The translations under genes were made by a program, and so were the position numbers. From positions 126,573 through 190,572 of the forward strand of contig NW_005434614.1 in the NCBI RefSeq assembly GCF_000315625.1: a stretch of 64,000 nucleotides of DNA, in the 5' to 3' direction. Numbering within the stretch: the first letter of the stretch is position 1; every line of letters begins with the position of its first letter. This document shows positions 24,690 through 38,174 of this stretch, piece after piece. A model generated the notes under the pieces. The model did not search any database and was not told the DNA's origin. It saw only the letters and a program-made list of their open reading frames with translations. The stretch is from Guillardia theta CCMP2712. Its lineage: Eukaryota; Protista; Cryptophyta.

Positions 24690-24974
24690 GTTCTGGGGGA
24701 ATAGACCCTGAGTTATGGGGGTGGGGGTGGGGTGGGGTGGGGTAATCTTAAGTAGCTAGGGGGGTGATTAACACTCTGGTAAGGGGTCCAGGTTGAAAAG
24801 TGAGGGGTTAAATACCCCATTGATGGGGCTTCTCTTAGGGGGTAGGGGAGTAATGGGGGTGGGTAGTGGGTCAGACGGTTGCCTTGACTGGCACAACAGC
24901 AGCAGACGGTTGTACATTGAACGGTTACCGTTACACAATTAGGAATCAAACGGTTACAGATATTAACGGTCGAA
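24690..24974. promoter_or_regulatory. GGGGT/CGGT island upstream of the ankyrin gene, including a canonical G-quadruplex motif
   Basis: (GGGGT)5-like run at 24717-24742; repeated ACGGTT/ACCGTT words 24875-24972. Confidence 0.5.
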
Positions 24975-25723
24975 CTAGTCTCTGACAAGCTCGCGAACCG
25001 CCATGATTGCCTGCAGGAGAATGAGGAGGAGGAGGAGGAGGAGCAGGAGCAGGAGGAGGAGGAAGAGCAGGAGAAGGAAGAGGAGGAGGAGAAGGAGGGG
25101 CAGGAGCACAGGCAGGAGCAGAGGCAGGGGCAGGGGCAGGAGGAGAAGGAGCAGCAGGAGCAGCAGGGGCAGGGGCAGGAGTAGATGAGGATGCTGTGAT
25201 ATTGGAGGATGGGGGCGAGGGGAGAGAGGGAGAGTGTGGACGTCCATCACCTGTGTGGCGCGCTGGGTTGAGACATGATCCTCACCAAGGCGCTTGACGA
25301 AGACGTCGAAAGCTGTTGACATCAGTCAGCTCATGGACACGAGAGGAAGCGAGGAGAAGGAGAGGAAGCGAGGAGAAGGAGAGGAAGCGAGGAGAAGGAG
25401 AGGAAGCGAGGAGAAGGAGAGGAAGCGAGGAGAAGGAGAGGAAGCGAGGAGAAGGAGAGGAAGCGAGGAGAAGGAGAGGAAGCGAGGAGAAGGAGAGGAA
25501 GCGAGGAGAAGGAGAGGAAGCACAGGAGAAAGAGCCATACCATGATTGAGATGCTTTACCATAGCCTCGAAGTCCTTGCCTTCATGAACAATCCTGAAGG
25601 ACATGTATGTGAACACCCAGCAGAAACAGGAGACAAGGGGGGAGATTCAGCGGTGGTGCTGGAAGTCGAGGACGACGAGGGAGAGGGAGAGGGAGGAGGA
25701 GAGGAGAGAGGGAGAGGGCGAGA

Positions 25724-25764
<41 letters not shown>

Positions 25765-25775
25765 GAGAAAGAGGT

Positions 25776-25838
<63 letters not shown>

Positions 25839-28800
25839 CGAGGAGGACGAGAAAGACCTCTTCTTGGTAGCAGCGGAGAAAAACTTGAACGGCCAGGAGT
25901 TGTGCCATCCGAGCTTCCTGCAGCTGCCGGTCAGAGCCGACCAGACGAGGAGAGGGAGATGACGAGATGAAGAGGACGAGATGCAGATGACGAGATGAAG
26001 ATGACAAGATGAAGATGACGAGATGAAGATGACGAGATGCAGATGACGAGATGAAGATGACGAGATGGGTGGTTGTCAACGAGGTGGCGAGAGGAGGATG
26101 GGAAAGAGTAGGAGAGGAAGCAGCAGGACCTCTTGGATGCGTCGACTTCGCCCTTGGTTTGATAACAGAGAGCGATGTTCCAGTGTACATGTGCGACCTG
26201 TCAAGTACGTCAAATATGGCCCTCGAAATGTACATTCTCCTCTCCTTCTATTCCTCTCACTTCCCCTTCCCTTATCTCCCTTGCACTTCACAACCTTACT
26301 CCTCCTCACCACCACCACCTCCTCCTCCTCATCTTCCTCCTCCCCATCCCCATCCCCATCCTCATCCTCCCACCTCCGGGTGGTCCGGTCCGAATATCTT
26401 CGAGACAGTGCTCAATGCCTCGTTGTACCACTTGAGCGCCTCGTCCACCTGAAGTCCCGTCAGCTCCTTTTCCTCACCCATCCAACTTCTGCCTTGTCAT
26501 CTCCTCCCCATCTGCTGTGCCTCCCTCCTCGACTATCACTTCCCCTCTCCCCATTCCAATCTTCTCTTCTCTCGTGCTCCTCCCTTCTCCACCGTTTCTC
26601 CTTCATCTGCCCTCCCTCTCTTGCACTGCACCTTATAAAGTCCCTTGAAAGCATTGCCGATGTTGTTCTTCGTCCACCCGACCGAGGGGTCATCTTCCCC
26701 GAGAATCTTCATCTGTAGCACAAGTCACACGGGGTGGGAGAAGATCGGACAGAGACTGAGCGAGGACGAGGAAGGGGAGAGGGGAGAGGAGGGGAGAGGC
26801 GAGGACAAGGAAGGGGAGAGGAGGGGAGAGGAGGGGAGAGGGAGGAAGCAGAAGGGACAACGTGACATTCCTTGTGTTCGAGCGCGTACTTGTACTTGCG
26901 GAGAGCCTGATGGAAATTAGTCACGATTCCCCGACCTCCTCCCACATCTCCCCTTTCGTTCTCTCCTCCTCCCTTCTCCTCCCCTCTCCCTCCCTCCTCT
27001 CCCCTCCTCCCTCCCTGTTCCATCTCCTCTCCCTCCTCCCTCCTCCCTCGCCCCTCCCTGTTTCTTCTCCTCCCCGTTTGACTTGCCTCCATGTATTCGC
27101 CGCGAATGTTATGCACGTTGCCCATGGCATGGACGACCTTTGTGCACGCTATCAGCCACGGCCTCTCCTCTCTTTTCCTCTCACATTGGCTACGTCGAGG
27201 TCTGGCTCGTTGCCTTCCACCCTTTCTTGGAACATCTCGAGGGCCTGTACGACGGTGAGGGGGAGCACCGGGGAAGGCGAGGGGAGCAAGAGGGAAGGCG
27301 AGAGAGGAGGTAAGGCGAGCAGGAGGATCCTGGACCTTCTCATAGAAGTCGTAGGCTTGGTTCGAGTACTCTTCGATCTGTCGCAACCATTCTTTCTGCA
27401 AAGGGAATGAGGAGCAACGAGAGCCAAGGAGCAGGAGGAAGGAGGGGGGAGGGCAGGAGCAGCGAGAGCTGCTAGCGGCGAAGCGAAGACGACGAGGGTC
27501 CTTTACTCACCTTCGGTCCAACTCGCTGGACGTTCTCAGCTTCGAGCTCATAGGCTTGACCCACGTGCATAAGCTAAGAAGTAGTCAGAGCCTCTACCCC
27601 AGGAAAGATCCAGCTGCTGGCCTACCGTGAGCGCGAGGTCCGGGTGAACCCCTTGACCTGCTCAAGCTTGAGGGCTAAAGAAGAACAGGAGGCAAGTGGC
27701 TGTGCGACAAGGAAAGAGGGAGGGGAACAAGAACGAGTGAAGGGGAAGAGGCGGGAGCCAAGAAGTCAGGAGAAAAGAGGAGCAGGAAGGTGCCGGGAGG
27801 GAGGACCTGAATTCTCATAGATGTAGGCAGCCTTCTCGAAGGTTTCCAGCGCCTCCTCAGCTGCTCCCACGCGCAGGAGAGCGACGCCCATGAGGTCAAC
27901 CGTGTGAGCGACTATGGGATGAAGGTCGCCCAGGTGCTTCAGTTGGATCGCCAGGCACTGCAGGAGCAGCGTCAGTCTCCTGCTTGTCTGCTCCATCTCT
28001 GCCCCTCCTCTCCCTCCTCCTCTCCCTTCAGTCTTTCTTGCATGTTTGATGCCTCTTCCTCCCTTAATTCCTTCCCTATTCTCTCTCTCGCAAGCATCGT
28101 CGTCCCCTTTCCCCGCCTCACTTCCTACAAACCTTGTCATAGGTAACGAGCGCGTTCTTGTAGTGTCCCTTTGACATCAGGAGCGTGCCCTGCAACACAA
28201 ACGTGAATCCTCCTCCTCCACTCCCCTCGTCCTCTCGTTCCTCCACGTCCTTCCCCCCCACCATTTCCACCCCTTCCTTCCTCCACCACCACCGGTCCTT
28301 GCGGATCTTTCCTCCCCGCACCTTCTCTGCAAGCGTGGTTGCATCATCCATGGAGCCTACGGGTTGTCAATGTTGCTGTAACTTCCACCTCATCATTCCT
28401 CTCTAGTCCCTCCCTCCTGTCGGTCTCTCGCTTCCCCTCGTCTTACCAGCAACAGCTGCCGCGTTTTGCGCCTGGTGCTTCTGCTGCGCCTGTTGGAACT
28501 GCTGTTCGTGGATGCTGAAGAGTCGTCAGTGCAATTGACATCTCTTCCTCCTCCTCACTTCTTCGCTCGCTGCTGTTGGGCCTTTCAAGCCACTAGTCAG
28601 TTTACTCCATACAAGCCGCCACTTTTCACCTGCTGCTGCGCGTATGCTTGTTGCTGCGCGTATGCCTGCTGCTGCGCGTATGCCTGCTGCATGCATCAGT
28701 TCAAACAAGACGCAGCGCAAGCTCTACCTGCTGCATGAGCATCTCTTCCTCCTCTGCCTCGAGCATCGCTTGGCGCATAGCTTCTTGCCGAACAGCTTCT

Positions 28801-29648
28801 TGCCGCATGGCCTCTTGTCTCATGGCCTCCTGCCGCATGGCCTCCTGTCTCATGGCCTCCTGTCTCATGGCCTCCTGCCGCATGGCCTCCTGCCGCATGG
28901 CCTCCTGTCTCATCATTTCCTGCCGCATCTCCTCTTGCTGTGATCTCCTCATCGCTTCCTGAAGATGACATGCATCACACAGGGTACTTTCTCTCTTCCC
29001 CCTTCGTACCTGACGAGCTAGCTCAGCCTCCTCTTGCTTTCTTCGAATCATTTCCTCTTGCATGCGCTGCTGCTGGGCCTTCATCCTCCCGTCAGAATCC
29101 TCACTCGTCCTCCCCTCCTCTCCCTCGACCTGCTGTTGCATCATGTAGTACTCCACCGCACGATCTGTGATGTCGTCGTCTTCGTAGTATCCGCCGCGAC
29201 CGCCATATTGCGCGTAAGTCTGTCAAGTTCGAGTCAAGTCAGAGTTGAAACTTGGTGGCAGTTGCAGCATGAAGCAGGGACTGATTACGTTTGAGGCGAT
29301 TTGAACCCAGTCTAGGGGATGATGAAGTACAAACGCATCATGCCATGTGAGGAAACTAGGTTGCAACAACGACAGGGAATGTAGATGAGGGGAGAACAGG
29401 AGGATGGGTGGGGGGCGGGAGTGAGAAGGAGGGGGACGGGGGGGGAATGGGGGTAACCAGGTCACGAGAGATGAAGGATGGCGGGCAAGGGGGCCAGAAG
29501 GATGAGACAGGAGGGAGGAGGGAGGGAGGAGCAGGGGAGGAGGAAGGTAGGGCGGAGGAAGTCGAGGAGGGCGGTTGTTCACCTCCCCCGCCAGCATCGC
29601 CAGCATGATCGCCAGCAGCGCCACCGCGGTGGCCGCACGGCCGCCCAT
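24975..29648 (-). CDS. Signal-peptide-bearing protein with Gln-rich/RQEAM repeats and kinesin-light-chain-like TPR repeats
   Basis: Exon 1 MGGRAATAVALLAIMLAMLAGE splices to TYAQYGGRGGYY. RQEAM tandem repeats at 28790-28930. TPR exons: CLAIQLKHLGDLHPIVAHTVDLMG, ILGEDDPSVGWTKNNIGNAF, ALKWYNEALSTVSKIFGPDHPE, RLGEDHVSTQ. Stop TAG 24975. Confidence 0.75.
25340..25520 (+). repeat. 19-bp tandem repeat (GAGAGGAAGCGAGGAGAAG)x~9, intronic
   Basis: Direct inspection. Confidence 0.9.
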
Positions 29649-29654
29649 TGTCCT

Positions 29655-29830
29655 CGAGACCCCCTAGTGATGTACCAATTATATATAAATCCATATAAAT
29701 TTCATAATTATACGATGAGACCCGGTGCCGGCTCCGGGCTCCGGGCCCGTCGGGCCGTCTCAGTGATTGGGCAATAAATATTTTAAAGGGTCTCAATAAA
29801 TATTTTAAAAGGCACGTGCGGTGATGCGCT
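29655..29830. promoter_or_regulatory. Island between divergent TPR and LTV1 genes
   Basis: AT-rich AATTATATATAAAT, then CCCGGTGCCGGCTCCGGGCTCCGGGCCCG, then duplicated CAATAAATATTTTAAA. Confidence 0.5.
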
Positions 29831-29864
29831 AGACTGACGGGACAAAACAGAAGACGGAGTACCA

Positions 29865-30010
29865 GAGAACAAGAGAACAAGAAAACAAGAAAACAAGAGG
29901 ACAAGAGGACAAGAGGACAAGAGGACAAGAGGACAAGAGGACAAGAGGACAAGAGGACAAGAGGACAAGAGGACAAGAGGACAAGAGGACAAGAGGACAA
30001 GAGGACAAGA
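29865..30010 (+). repeat. Octamer tandem repeat (ACAAGAGG)n just upstream of LTV1
   Basis: About 18 copies including ACAAGAAA variants. Confidence 0.95.
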
Positions 30011-30057
30011 GCAAGGTACAACTGGGGTAGAAAGTCGTTACTCAACGAGAGTCGAGG

Positions 30058-31696
30058 ATGGGTAAACACAGCAAACCCTTCATCGACAGGAAGAATGCAA
30101 CGGTCTATCGTCTTGTGCATCCTGATGAACAGAAAGAAGGCGACAACGCTGGTGTTGGGAAACTGGCGAAGGTCTATGGAGATAAGAACTATTTCTCTGA
30201 CGACGATGAAGAGGAATATCCCTATCGATCAGATTCTGGAGACGAGGAGGAAGATTTAGAGCAAGAAGAATGGGAAGAGGAAGATGAAGGCGAAGAGGGA
30301 GTGATAGATGATCATGACGACCAGTTCGATGATGCAGAGGGTGCAGACCCTCCTGAAATTCAGCCGGGAATATGGAAACGGACGGACGAAGATGCCAAGT
30401 CAGAGTACACCTCATGGTCAAAAAGAACAGCCTCGTCTTACCTTGCTCCCGAACGTCGTAAACAACTCTGGAAGGACATCGAGGAGTTTGGCTTGCCCGA
30501 TGATGGTTATGACTACACGCAGCATCTCCGCAACCCAGGACATGGAGTTCGACTGGATGCTCAATTTCCAACGGAGCTCAAGATGCAGCTGGAGAAGAAG
30601 ACAGCTCGCATGCTCCAAGATGCGCCGAAGCCAGCGAGAGATGTCCTTGCAACCTTGGACTCTCAAGATACTGACGACGAGGAAGCTCCAGCTCTGGAGG
30701 AGGACAAAACAATGAACTGGGTGGACGAAGGGAAGAAACTGATAGAGGAAGGAAAAGTCGTTGAGCAAGGAGATTTAGATGATGACTTCATCCACATGTT
30801 AAATGACGGCGAGGACGGCGAAGGTGATGATGAGCCTGATCCTCTTCTGTCTCAGCCACGAGACCTCCGTCTCCTTGACGAGAGGTTCGAAGTGTTCTTG
30901 CAGCAATATGACGACGACAACATTGGAGAGCTGACCGAAGAAGTTTGTCAGCCTCCAAATGCGGCAGTACAAGACGAGGAGTACTACTACAACCTTCTGC
31001 AATCCTACATCCATGGAACAGCAGCTCCTACGGGGAACATATCTTCAAACCTGAACATTGGATCCGAAGGACAGATCCTTCAGGAAGGCTTCGAAGAAAT
31101 GGAAGAAGAGGACGAGGAACTGAGGGAGAAAACTCGTGCTTTGGCTCTGGAAGCAGGGGAGGAAAGTGAGGAGAGTCTGGAGGAAGTGGAGGTAGAGAAG
31201 AAGCAGGAATGGGACTGCGAATCCATACTCTCAACCTACTCGAACATCTACAACCGTCCAAAGGTGATCGAAGATTCCAAGAGAGCTACCAAGATTCTGC
31301 TCGACCGCAAGGGCCTGCCTGTGCTCATGAAAGGTGACGAGAAAGCCAAGTCACACGTTACCAAGGAGGCGGTCGAGGCTCATGAAGAGGAGGATGGCGA
31401 GACCGACTCAGATGACGAAGCAAGCATCTGCACGTCGACAGCAGCAGACCTTGGTCCTCGTCGACGTGGGGAAACAGCTGAGGAAAAGAAGATGAGAAAA
31501 GAAGTAGCGAAACAGGTTCTGTCCACTTGCAGCTAGCCGTCTCACACTGACATGACTGCAGCTGAAGGCGCAAGCTCGAGAGAAGAAGAAGCTCAGGAAT
31601 GCTGCAGCTAAGGCGGAGAAGAGCAGCAGCGTTGCCAAGCCCTCAACTGCAGACCCTCGAGTTCGACAAGGTCTGAGCATCACGCGGTACTCGTAG
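30058..31696 (+). CDS. LTV1: LTV1 (40S ribosome biogenesis factor)
   Basis: PFIDRKNATVYRLVH, DDGYDYTQHLR, RLLDERFE, WDCESILSTYSNIYNRPKVI, GETAEEKKMRK. One short intron near 31516-31561; stop TAG 31696. Confidence 0.92.
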
Positions 31697-31795
31697 AGTA
31701 GTCGACGATTCAAGCTTACCCCTTGATTCGCATGTAACAAGAACTTAGACGGTCACATGTCCATGCTTGAAAATCTTTACTAGTGTACAACTATT

Positions 31796-32388
31796 TCACA
31801 TGAGGTAGCCTGAGAGAACCGATGGCAAATCATTCCTGCGAACCGTCAGCTTGCACTCCCCCAGTACTCCAAGGCTCATCACCTGTCACAGAAGGGCGGC
31901 ATGCACGTCACGCCTCCCTTGGCATGCTTCGCACTTTTGCCTGGCAGAGAAGCCATTCACTTTCTAAGAAGGCCAACACGAAGATAGATGACCTCTGAGA
32001 GCTCCATGCGAGTTGTGAAGCCTCCTCTTTATCGACTCCTTGTGAAAGCACCCGATTATGAACAAGCAGCAAGACATACAACATAATGGCCTTACCAAGT
32101 GCGAGATCCTAGATCTCAGACTTTTATTCGAGCTCTCCAGCTCTTTAATCTTTCTCTGTGCGGCCGCAAGAGCCCTGACCCTGCATGCCACAGTCAAGCA
32201 TTAAAAGTCGCCTAGTTATTCTCATACGAATGAGGATGACTGCCAGCAGTTTTCGACGAGGGGAGAGGCGATTGTGCAAGCATGGTCGTCAAATCTCTTC
32301 TCTCTCCTCTCATTGACATCTTCGCTGTCGCCATCATCGCCGCCATCATGACAACGGTCCCAAGGATAGTCGCCCAAGGGGCATTCAT
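31796..32388 (-). CDS. Small hypothetical protein with N-terminal hydrophobic segment and short coiled coil (5 exons)
   Basis: Manual GT-AG splicing gives MNAPWATILGTVVMMAAMMATAKM...VRALAAAQRKIKELESSNKSLRSRISHLESIKRR...CMPPFCDRNDLPSVLSGYLM*. Confidence 0.5.
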
Positions 32389-33057
32389 TGCAGCGACTCA
32401 GGGAGTGAAATTAGACCTTTAAAATTTGAAATATCGATTGAGAGTGAAAGTTTTCTCACACCTCCTCTGAAATGTGATATAGGTTTTGGATCAACGAAGC
32501 GACACCGTGCCATACAGTCAGTTGAATCAAACCAACGACAATGCCTTGCGAGACAGGAGAGGAGGGAGAGTGGGAGAGGGGAGGGGAGAGAGGGGAGGGA
32601 GGGAGGAGAGACATAGTGACAGAGAGTGAAGGAAACGAGAACGCGTACAGTGGTGTCTGGGTGGGATGCGAGCAGTATGGACCAAGAGGATAGGGGGGAC
32701 AGCAGGGTGTCATTCTGGCAGATAGGCGAGTCAGGGTCGTTATGAGCAGGTGACAAGTAGGATGAAGGAAAGCGATGAGTTGTCTGAGAGCTGTAGGCTG
32801 ATATTAGAGCAGCTAAGGTGTGTGTTTGTGTTGTGTTACAAGGAGAAATAGGACTAAAGGTACATGACCATGGGAACATTCTCGATAGTAGCGCCACTTG
32901 TGGTGGTTTGCACTGCTCACGTCTGAAACTGAGATCCGCCATGTATCTTACAATGATGTCTTGTCAGCCTGCACTCTTAATCCAACGAGGCATCGACATG
33001 GGTGCTTCTTCGTAGGCAGATTCGCCTGATTCAGTCCTGGGTCGCATCGATCTCAGA

Positions 33058-36000
33058 ATGTCCTTGGGCAGAACTCCGCAGCTCTCCGGTCGCTCCAGCC
33101 CCGTGAGCTCCGGTAGAGCCACGCCTGTGACCAAGAGCATCTTCCGGGGGGAGAGCGACAGCATGACGCCGGCGGGATCGAGCATGGAGGAGCTGCTGTC
33201 ATGCGAACGGACTTTCGCGCAGTTGAAGCGAGAAGGACGACATCTTGACGCGCTTCCTTACATGGAGATGTCGGTGGTGCTGAGGAAGAAGATCTACGGA
33301 GATGACAGCAAGGAAGTCTTGAGAGCCTGCCAAGTTTTCACCACGTCCTGCAACACTCTGGCGATGAACTGCCTGCAGAAGGACGAGTACGCCAAGGCGT
33401 ACGAGCTGCTGAAGAAGGCGGAGCTGCTGACTGAGCCGCGGGGGTACCTGCAGGAGGAGAAGACGCGGCTGAAGCTGAGGGCTGTGACCTTCAACAACCT
33501 CGGCTGCTTCTACAAGCGCAGGGGGAAGCTCCACGCAGCGCTGCAGTACCTGGACAAGGCCCTCAAGATTGAGCTCTCGTCGGAGGAGGTCGACAACCCA
33601 GCTGGTACTCACCTCAACCTATGCGCCACCCTCTCTCAGCTCGGAAGACACGCACCGGCTCTCGAGCATGCGCAGTGTGCGCTGGAGCTGTTGAAGCAGA
33701 GTGTCGCCAGGAAGAAGAGCAAGGGGGGCAAAGTGAGTTTCGAACATTTGTCCTCCTCCCTCTGGTCCTCCTCCTCCTCCTCCTCCCCTCCCCCCCCCCT
33801 CCCCCCCCCCCCCCTTTCTTCTTCATCTCCCCTCTCCTCGACGTTTCCCCCCCCAGTTGACTTGACCCGCAGGCTGCGATGGAGGAAGCAAGCATCCTAG
33901 CGATAGCGTATCACAACTTGGCGGTGGAGCAGGAGCACTTGGGAAAGTGGGACGCGGCGATCCAATCCTACAGCGAGTCAGTCAAGATGGCAGAGAGCCA
34001 ATGGGGCCCAAAACATCCCAAGACACACGCGATCACACAGTCGTTTCTTCAGGTGGAGGAGGAGGGGGGGAGGATTGAGAAAGCGGGGATGGAAGGGAAG
34101 AGATCTTTGAGAAAGATGGGTACAAAGGGGGTGGGAAGAATTCAACAGGAGTAGATGAGTAGGATGTAGGAAGGAGAATGAATGACTGTGATTTTTGCAG
34201 GCGAAGGAGAAACTTTCACGGAAAAAAGCTTTGTTGCCCACAGTGAAGGGAACACGAGAGAGGAAAGCAATGGCGTCTCACACTATCAGCGAGCATGAGA
34301 TGATTCAGAGACGTCGAAGGGAGGAGGAGGAGGAGGAGGAGCCGATCAGAAGAGACGGTCGTCTTCAACAAAGCCACACGCTTCCAAGGCTGCCACTTCA
34401 CAGTCGAGGAGGTGCTACATCCGTCCCTCCTCCAGTCTCGTACGCATCTGCCCCTGCTACACCTCCAGGCAGGAAGCGAGTGACGCTCTCGGATATGCGA
34501 GGAGCCGGCAACGGCTCGGCCCCGGTCTCCTCCCGCAGGCCCATAGACTCGTCGGGCATCGAGCCCTACCGGAGAGAGTCGAGGACGCAGATGGCTGTGC
34601 GCTGGGCAGAAGGGTTCGGAGAGAGGAGAAGCGAGAGCGAGGATAAAGTGGGTGAGGAGATGGAGAGACGGAGGGAGGGGAGAGAGGGGAGGAGCGAACG
34701 AATGGGGCCGAGGACTCCAACGAGCATGTCGATGGTGAAGAGGAGGCCCGAGCGCGGAGGGGCCGTGAGTGCTCCACTAGAGAGGTGAGAAGAGGAGGGA
34801 GGAGATGGGTGGAAGGGGGTAGACATGACTGTAGCTCTTGCAGAGACTTCGACGACATGTCGATAGACGAGGAGGATAGGCGGGGAGCAAGCTCGTCTCT
34901 GGCTGGACCTCGCTCTCCTGTTTCCCCTGCCATGGATCATCCGACCTACGTGCCGGCTACTCACTTTGGAGTTGGGGAGGAGGGAAAAGGAAGACGAGGA
35001 GGAGGAGCTAAACCTATCAGGCTGAAACCGATGGAGGAGCGCGAGAACCTGATGCAGCGCGTGAAGCTCCTGGAGCAGTCGCTCTCGCAGCTGGGAGGAG
35101 GAGGAGGAGGAGGAGGAAGTCCTCTGAACAACTCGCTGGTGTCCTCGAGCTCTAGTGATCTTAAGGTCAAGTGCCATTACGGAGAAGACGTACGAGGTGC
35201 GTTACATGATCATCTGCTCAACCTCAAACTCAATCGTCGCTCTCCTGCTTCATGCAAGCGTCTGTTCATCTCTCTTCCTCCCTCTCTGCGACTTCGTATG
35301 CTGGTCGGTTGACACGTTCGGTTGCAGTCTTGATGCTTTCTCACAACATGAGCCTGCAAGAGCTCAGCGACGGGGTGGAAGGAGAGTACAAGAGGAGGAT
35401 GCGGATGAAGTGGAGGGACGAGGAGGAGGATCTGGTTACCATATCATCGCAACAGGTCCCCATAGTCTTCTTGCTCGCTCCCCGTGTGAAGGAGTTACAG
35501 GCGCTGGAGCTGGCGCTGTCCGAGCTGAGCAGGTTGGGGAAGGACGTTTTCCACCTGTTCCTCTTCGACGTCGAGCCAGAGCAGCTCAAGAGCCAGCAGC
35601 AGGACAACAGGAAGGAGCCTGGAAGGCCCCGCGACATCCGGCGACCTCTCGTCACAGAAGAGGAGGAGGAAGAGGAGAAAGGGAAGGAAAAGGAGAAGAA
35701 AAACAAAGCAAGCGAGGAGGAGGAGGAGGAGGAGGAGGAGGAGGAGGAGGAGAAAAGGAAGTGACGTTATCGAGAATGATTCCTCGCAACCGACGCAAGG
35801 AGACTGCTGCTGCTCTTCTCATTCAGCGTCTCTATCGGGGATTTCACGTCCGCAATGGTGAGTGAAGGGGTGCAGAGAGGAGCGAGAGGGATCGAGGGGA
35901 GGGGAGCGAGTGACTTAGCGGCAGAGCTGTTAAAGGAGCGGGCGAACTCCATTAACGTCTCCTCCATCTGCGAAGATTCGCAAGCATCGAGTCAGGAAGG

Positions 36001-38140
36001 AGAAAGTTTAGAGGGAGCCGTTCGGGAGGACGGGCAGGAGATGCTGCAGGAGCGAGCAGCTGTTGACATCCAAAGGATCTTTCGGGGGCATGCTGAGCGA
36101 AGGAGACGGAGGGCCGAGAAGAGGGAGGAGGCGGTCTGCATGGGAGAGGAGGAAGCGCAGGCTGTACTGGCTGCTGTAGGTGGAGGACGGCGAGTTTCCT
36201 ATCCTGACCGTCTGATCGCAGGCGGTCAAGAGAAGGCTGCATCGGTCGAGATTCCTGGCGGGGAAGAGGAGGAGGGTAAGACTTCGAATCAGTCTCGCAT
36301 CGCTGACCACCAGGACCAGGAGCAGGAGCGAGCAGCCTTGACCATTCAGCGGAGAGCTCGAGGAAATGCAGTCAGGGAGGCCCAGAGGATGGAAGAGAGC
36401 AGGAGGAGAGCGGAGGAGCAGGCTGCTGTGCGGGTGCAGGCGGTGCTGCGAGGTCACTGGGGTCGAGGATACGCCCGGCGTTTGAGGAAGACCGGGAGAG
36501 GAAAGGGGCTGGTGATGCGAAGGTACCGCATGCAGGAGGTGAAAAGCGATGGGAAGAAGAGGAGAGGAGGAGGAAGAGGAAGGGGAGGTGAGTACGTGGA
36601 GATTGTCAAGGGCTCCTCCTCCTACTTCCTCGCCCGCTGCCTTCAAACCGACCGAGAGGTTCTTCTTCGCTTCCCCTCCTCCTCCAGCGCCTTCACGAAG
36701 GAAGCTGCTCTCCTCCAGATCCTCCGCTCTCCCCACGTCCTGGCCGAGCTAGAAGCCCAGCAGGAGGGCGAGCAGAGCGTCATAGTGTTCCCCCCGCCTG
36801 AGCTCCACCTGACCGACTTGCTGAGCTCCAAGAAGCGGATGGACACGAAGAGCTCAGCTGGGATCCTCCTGGACGTCGCACGGGCCCTCCAGTTCCTGCA
36901 CGGCAAGCGGATGGTCGTCTGCGACCTCTCGGCCTCCTCGGTCGTGAGGGCTGAGGGGAGGTGGAAGCTGCTGGGGCTGAGCTGGGGGCACAAGGAAGGA
37001 GAGCTGTTTGCGGGGGGTGTGACCCCCAGCAAGATCAGGCCCTGGCTGCCTGACTCCTCCTGTGACACCCCTGAGGACTTGGCAGCCTGTGCAGCTGGGG
37101 AGGAGCTGGGGCTGAAGGCGAGCATGGGGATGGACCTGTGGTGCCTGGGAGGGCTCCTGTACCGGCTGCTGGCGGGCAAGCCCCTCTTCTCCTCCCGTGA
37201 GGAGGCAGAGCAGAAGCTGAGCGCGCAGAGCCTGAGGGGGAGAGAGCTGGAGGTGGAAGTGGAGGAGATTCACGACGTTATGGGCAAGTACCTGCTGGAG
37301 AACCTCCTCTGCATCCTCCCCGCTGATCGCATGCTCGCCCGCGATGTCGTGCTGTATGCCCCGCAGATCGGATCGCAAGAGCTCTACACGGAGATGAATG
37401 GCGAGCAGGAGCAAGAGGAGGAGGCGGAGGAGGGGGAGGAAGAGGAGGGAAAGCAGTTGCTGGCACAGGAGGAATTGTCAGAGCAGGACGATGATATGGA
37501 AATACAAGATGGGCACGAAGGAGAGGAGGAAAAGGAGGAGGAAGGGGGACCAGGAGAGGAAGAGGACACGCACGAAGACCACATGGATGAGCGACAGCAA
37601 CACAGCAAGGAGCAAGTGGAAGAACAGGAGGAGGAGCCGGAGCTGCTGCAGGATCAGGGGAAGGATATGCCTGCTCAAACAGCAACAAGAGAGGAGGACG
37701 AGTCGTACCAGCAAGACAAGAAGTCCGAGGAAGCAGAGGACGATGAGGATGACTTGAGCAGTAAGAGCAAGCAGCGTGTTGAAGACTTGCAGGAGGAGGA
37801 TGGAGGGTCTCAGCTGCTACCTTCGCACATTGAGGAAGGAGAGATGACGAATGCTGTTGGCGCGGAAGCCAGTGCAAGTACGAGCTCCAACGGAGGAGAG
37901 GATGAGGAGAAGATGGCAGTGCAGCGTGTACGGGAGATGGGGGAAGCGGAGGAGGACGAAGAGGAGGACCAAGACACGATTGTTGGGCAGGAGAGGAAAG
38001 AAGACGTGGAGGAATCCAAACTCGAGGAGGAGGCGCCGCTTGAGAGCAGAGAAGAAGAAGATGATGATGAGAAGCGACGACCTGAAGCTGGAGGGCGGGT
38101 GGACGGCTGGAGAGATGGTGTAGCAGACGAAGAGAGCAAT

Positions 38141-38174
<34 letters not shown>

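Noticed and set aside
29865-30010. Telomeric repeat or LSSCPLVL-repeat protein
   Set aside because: The ACAAGAGG unit lacks a telomeric G-run pattern and is internal; the ORF is a shadow of the octamer repeat.
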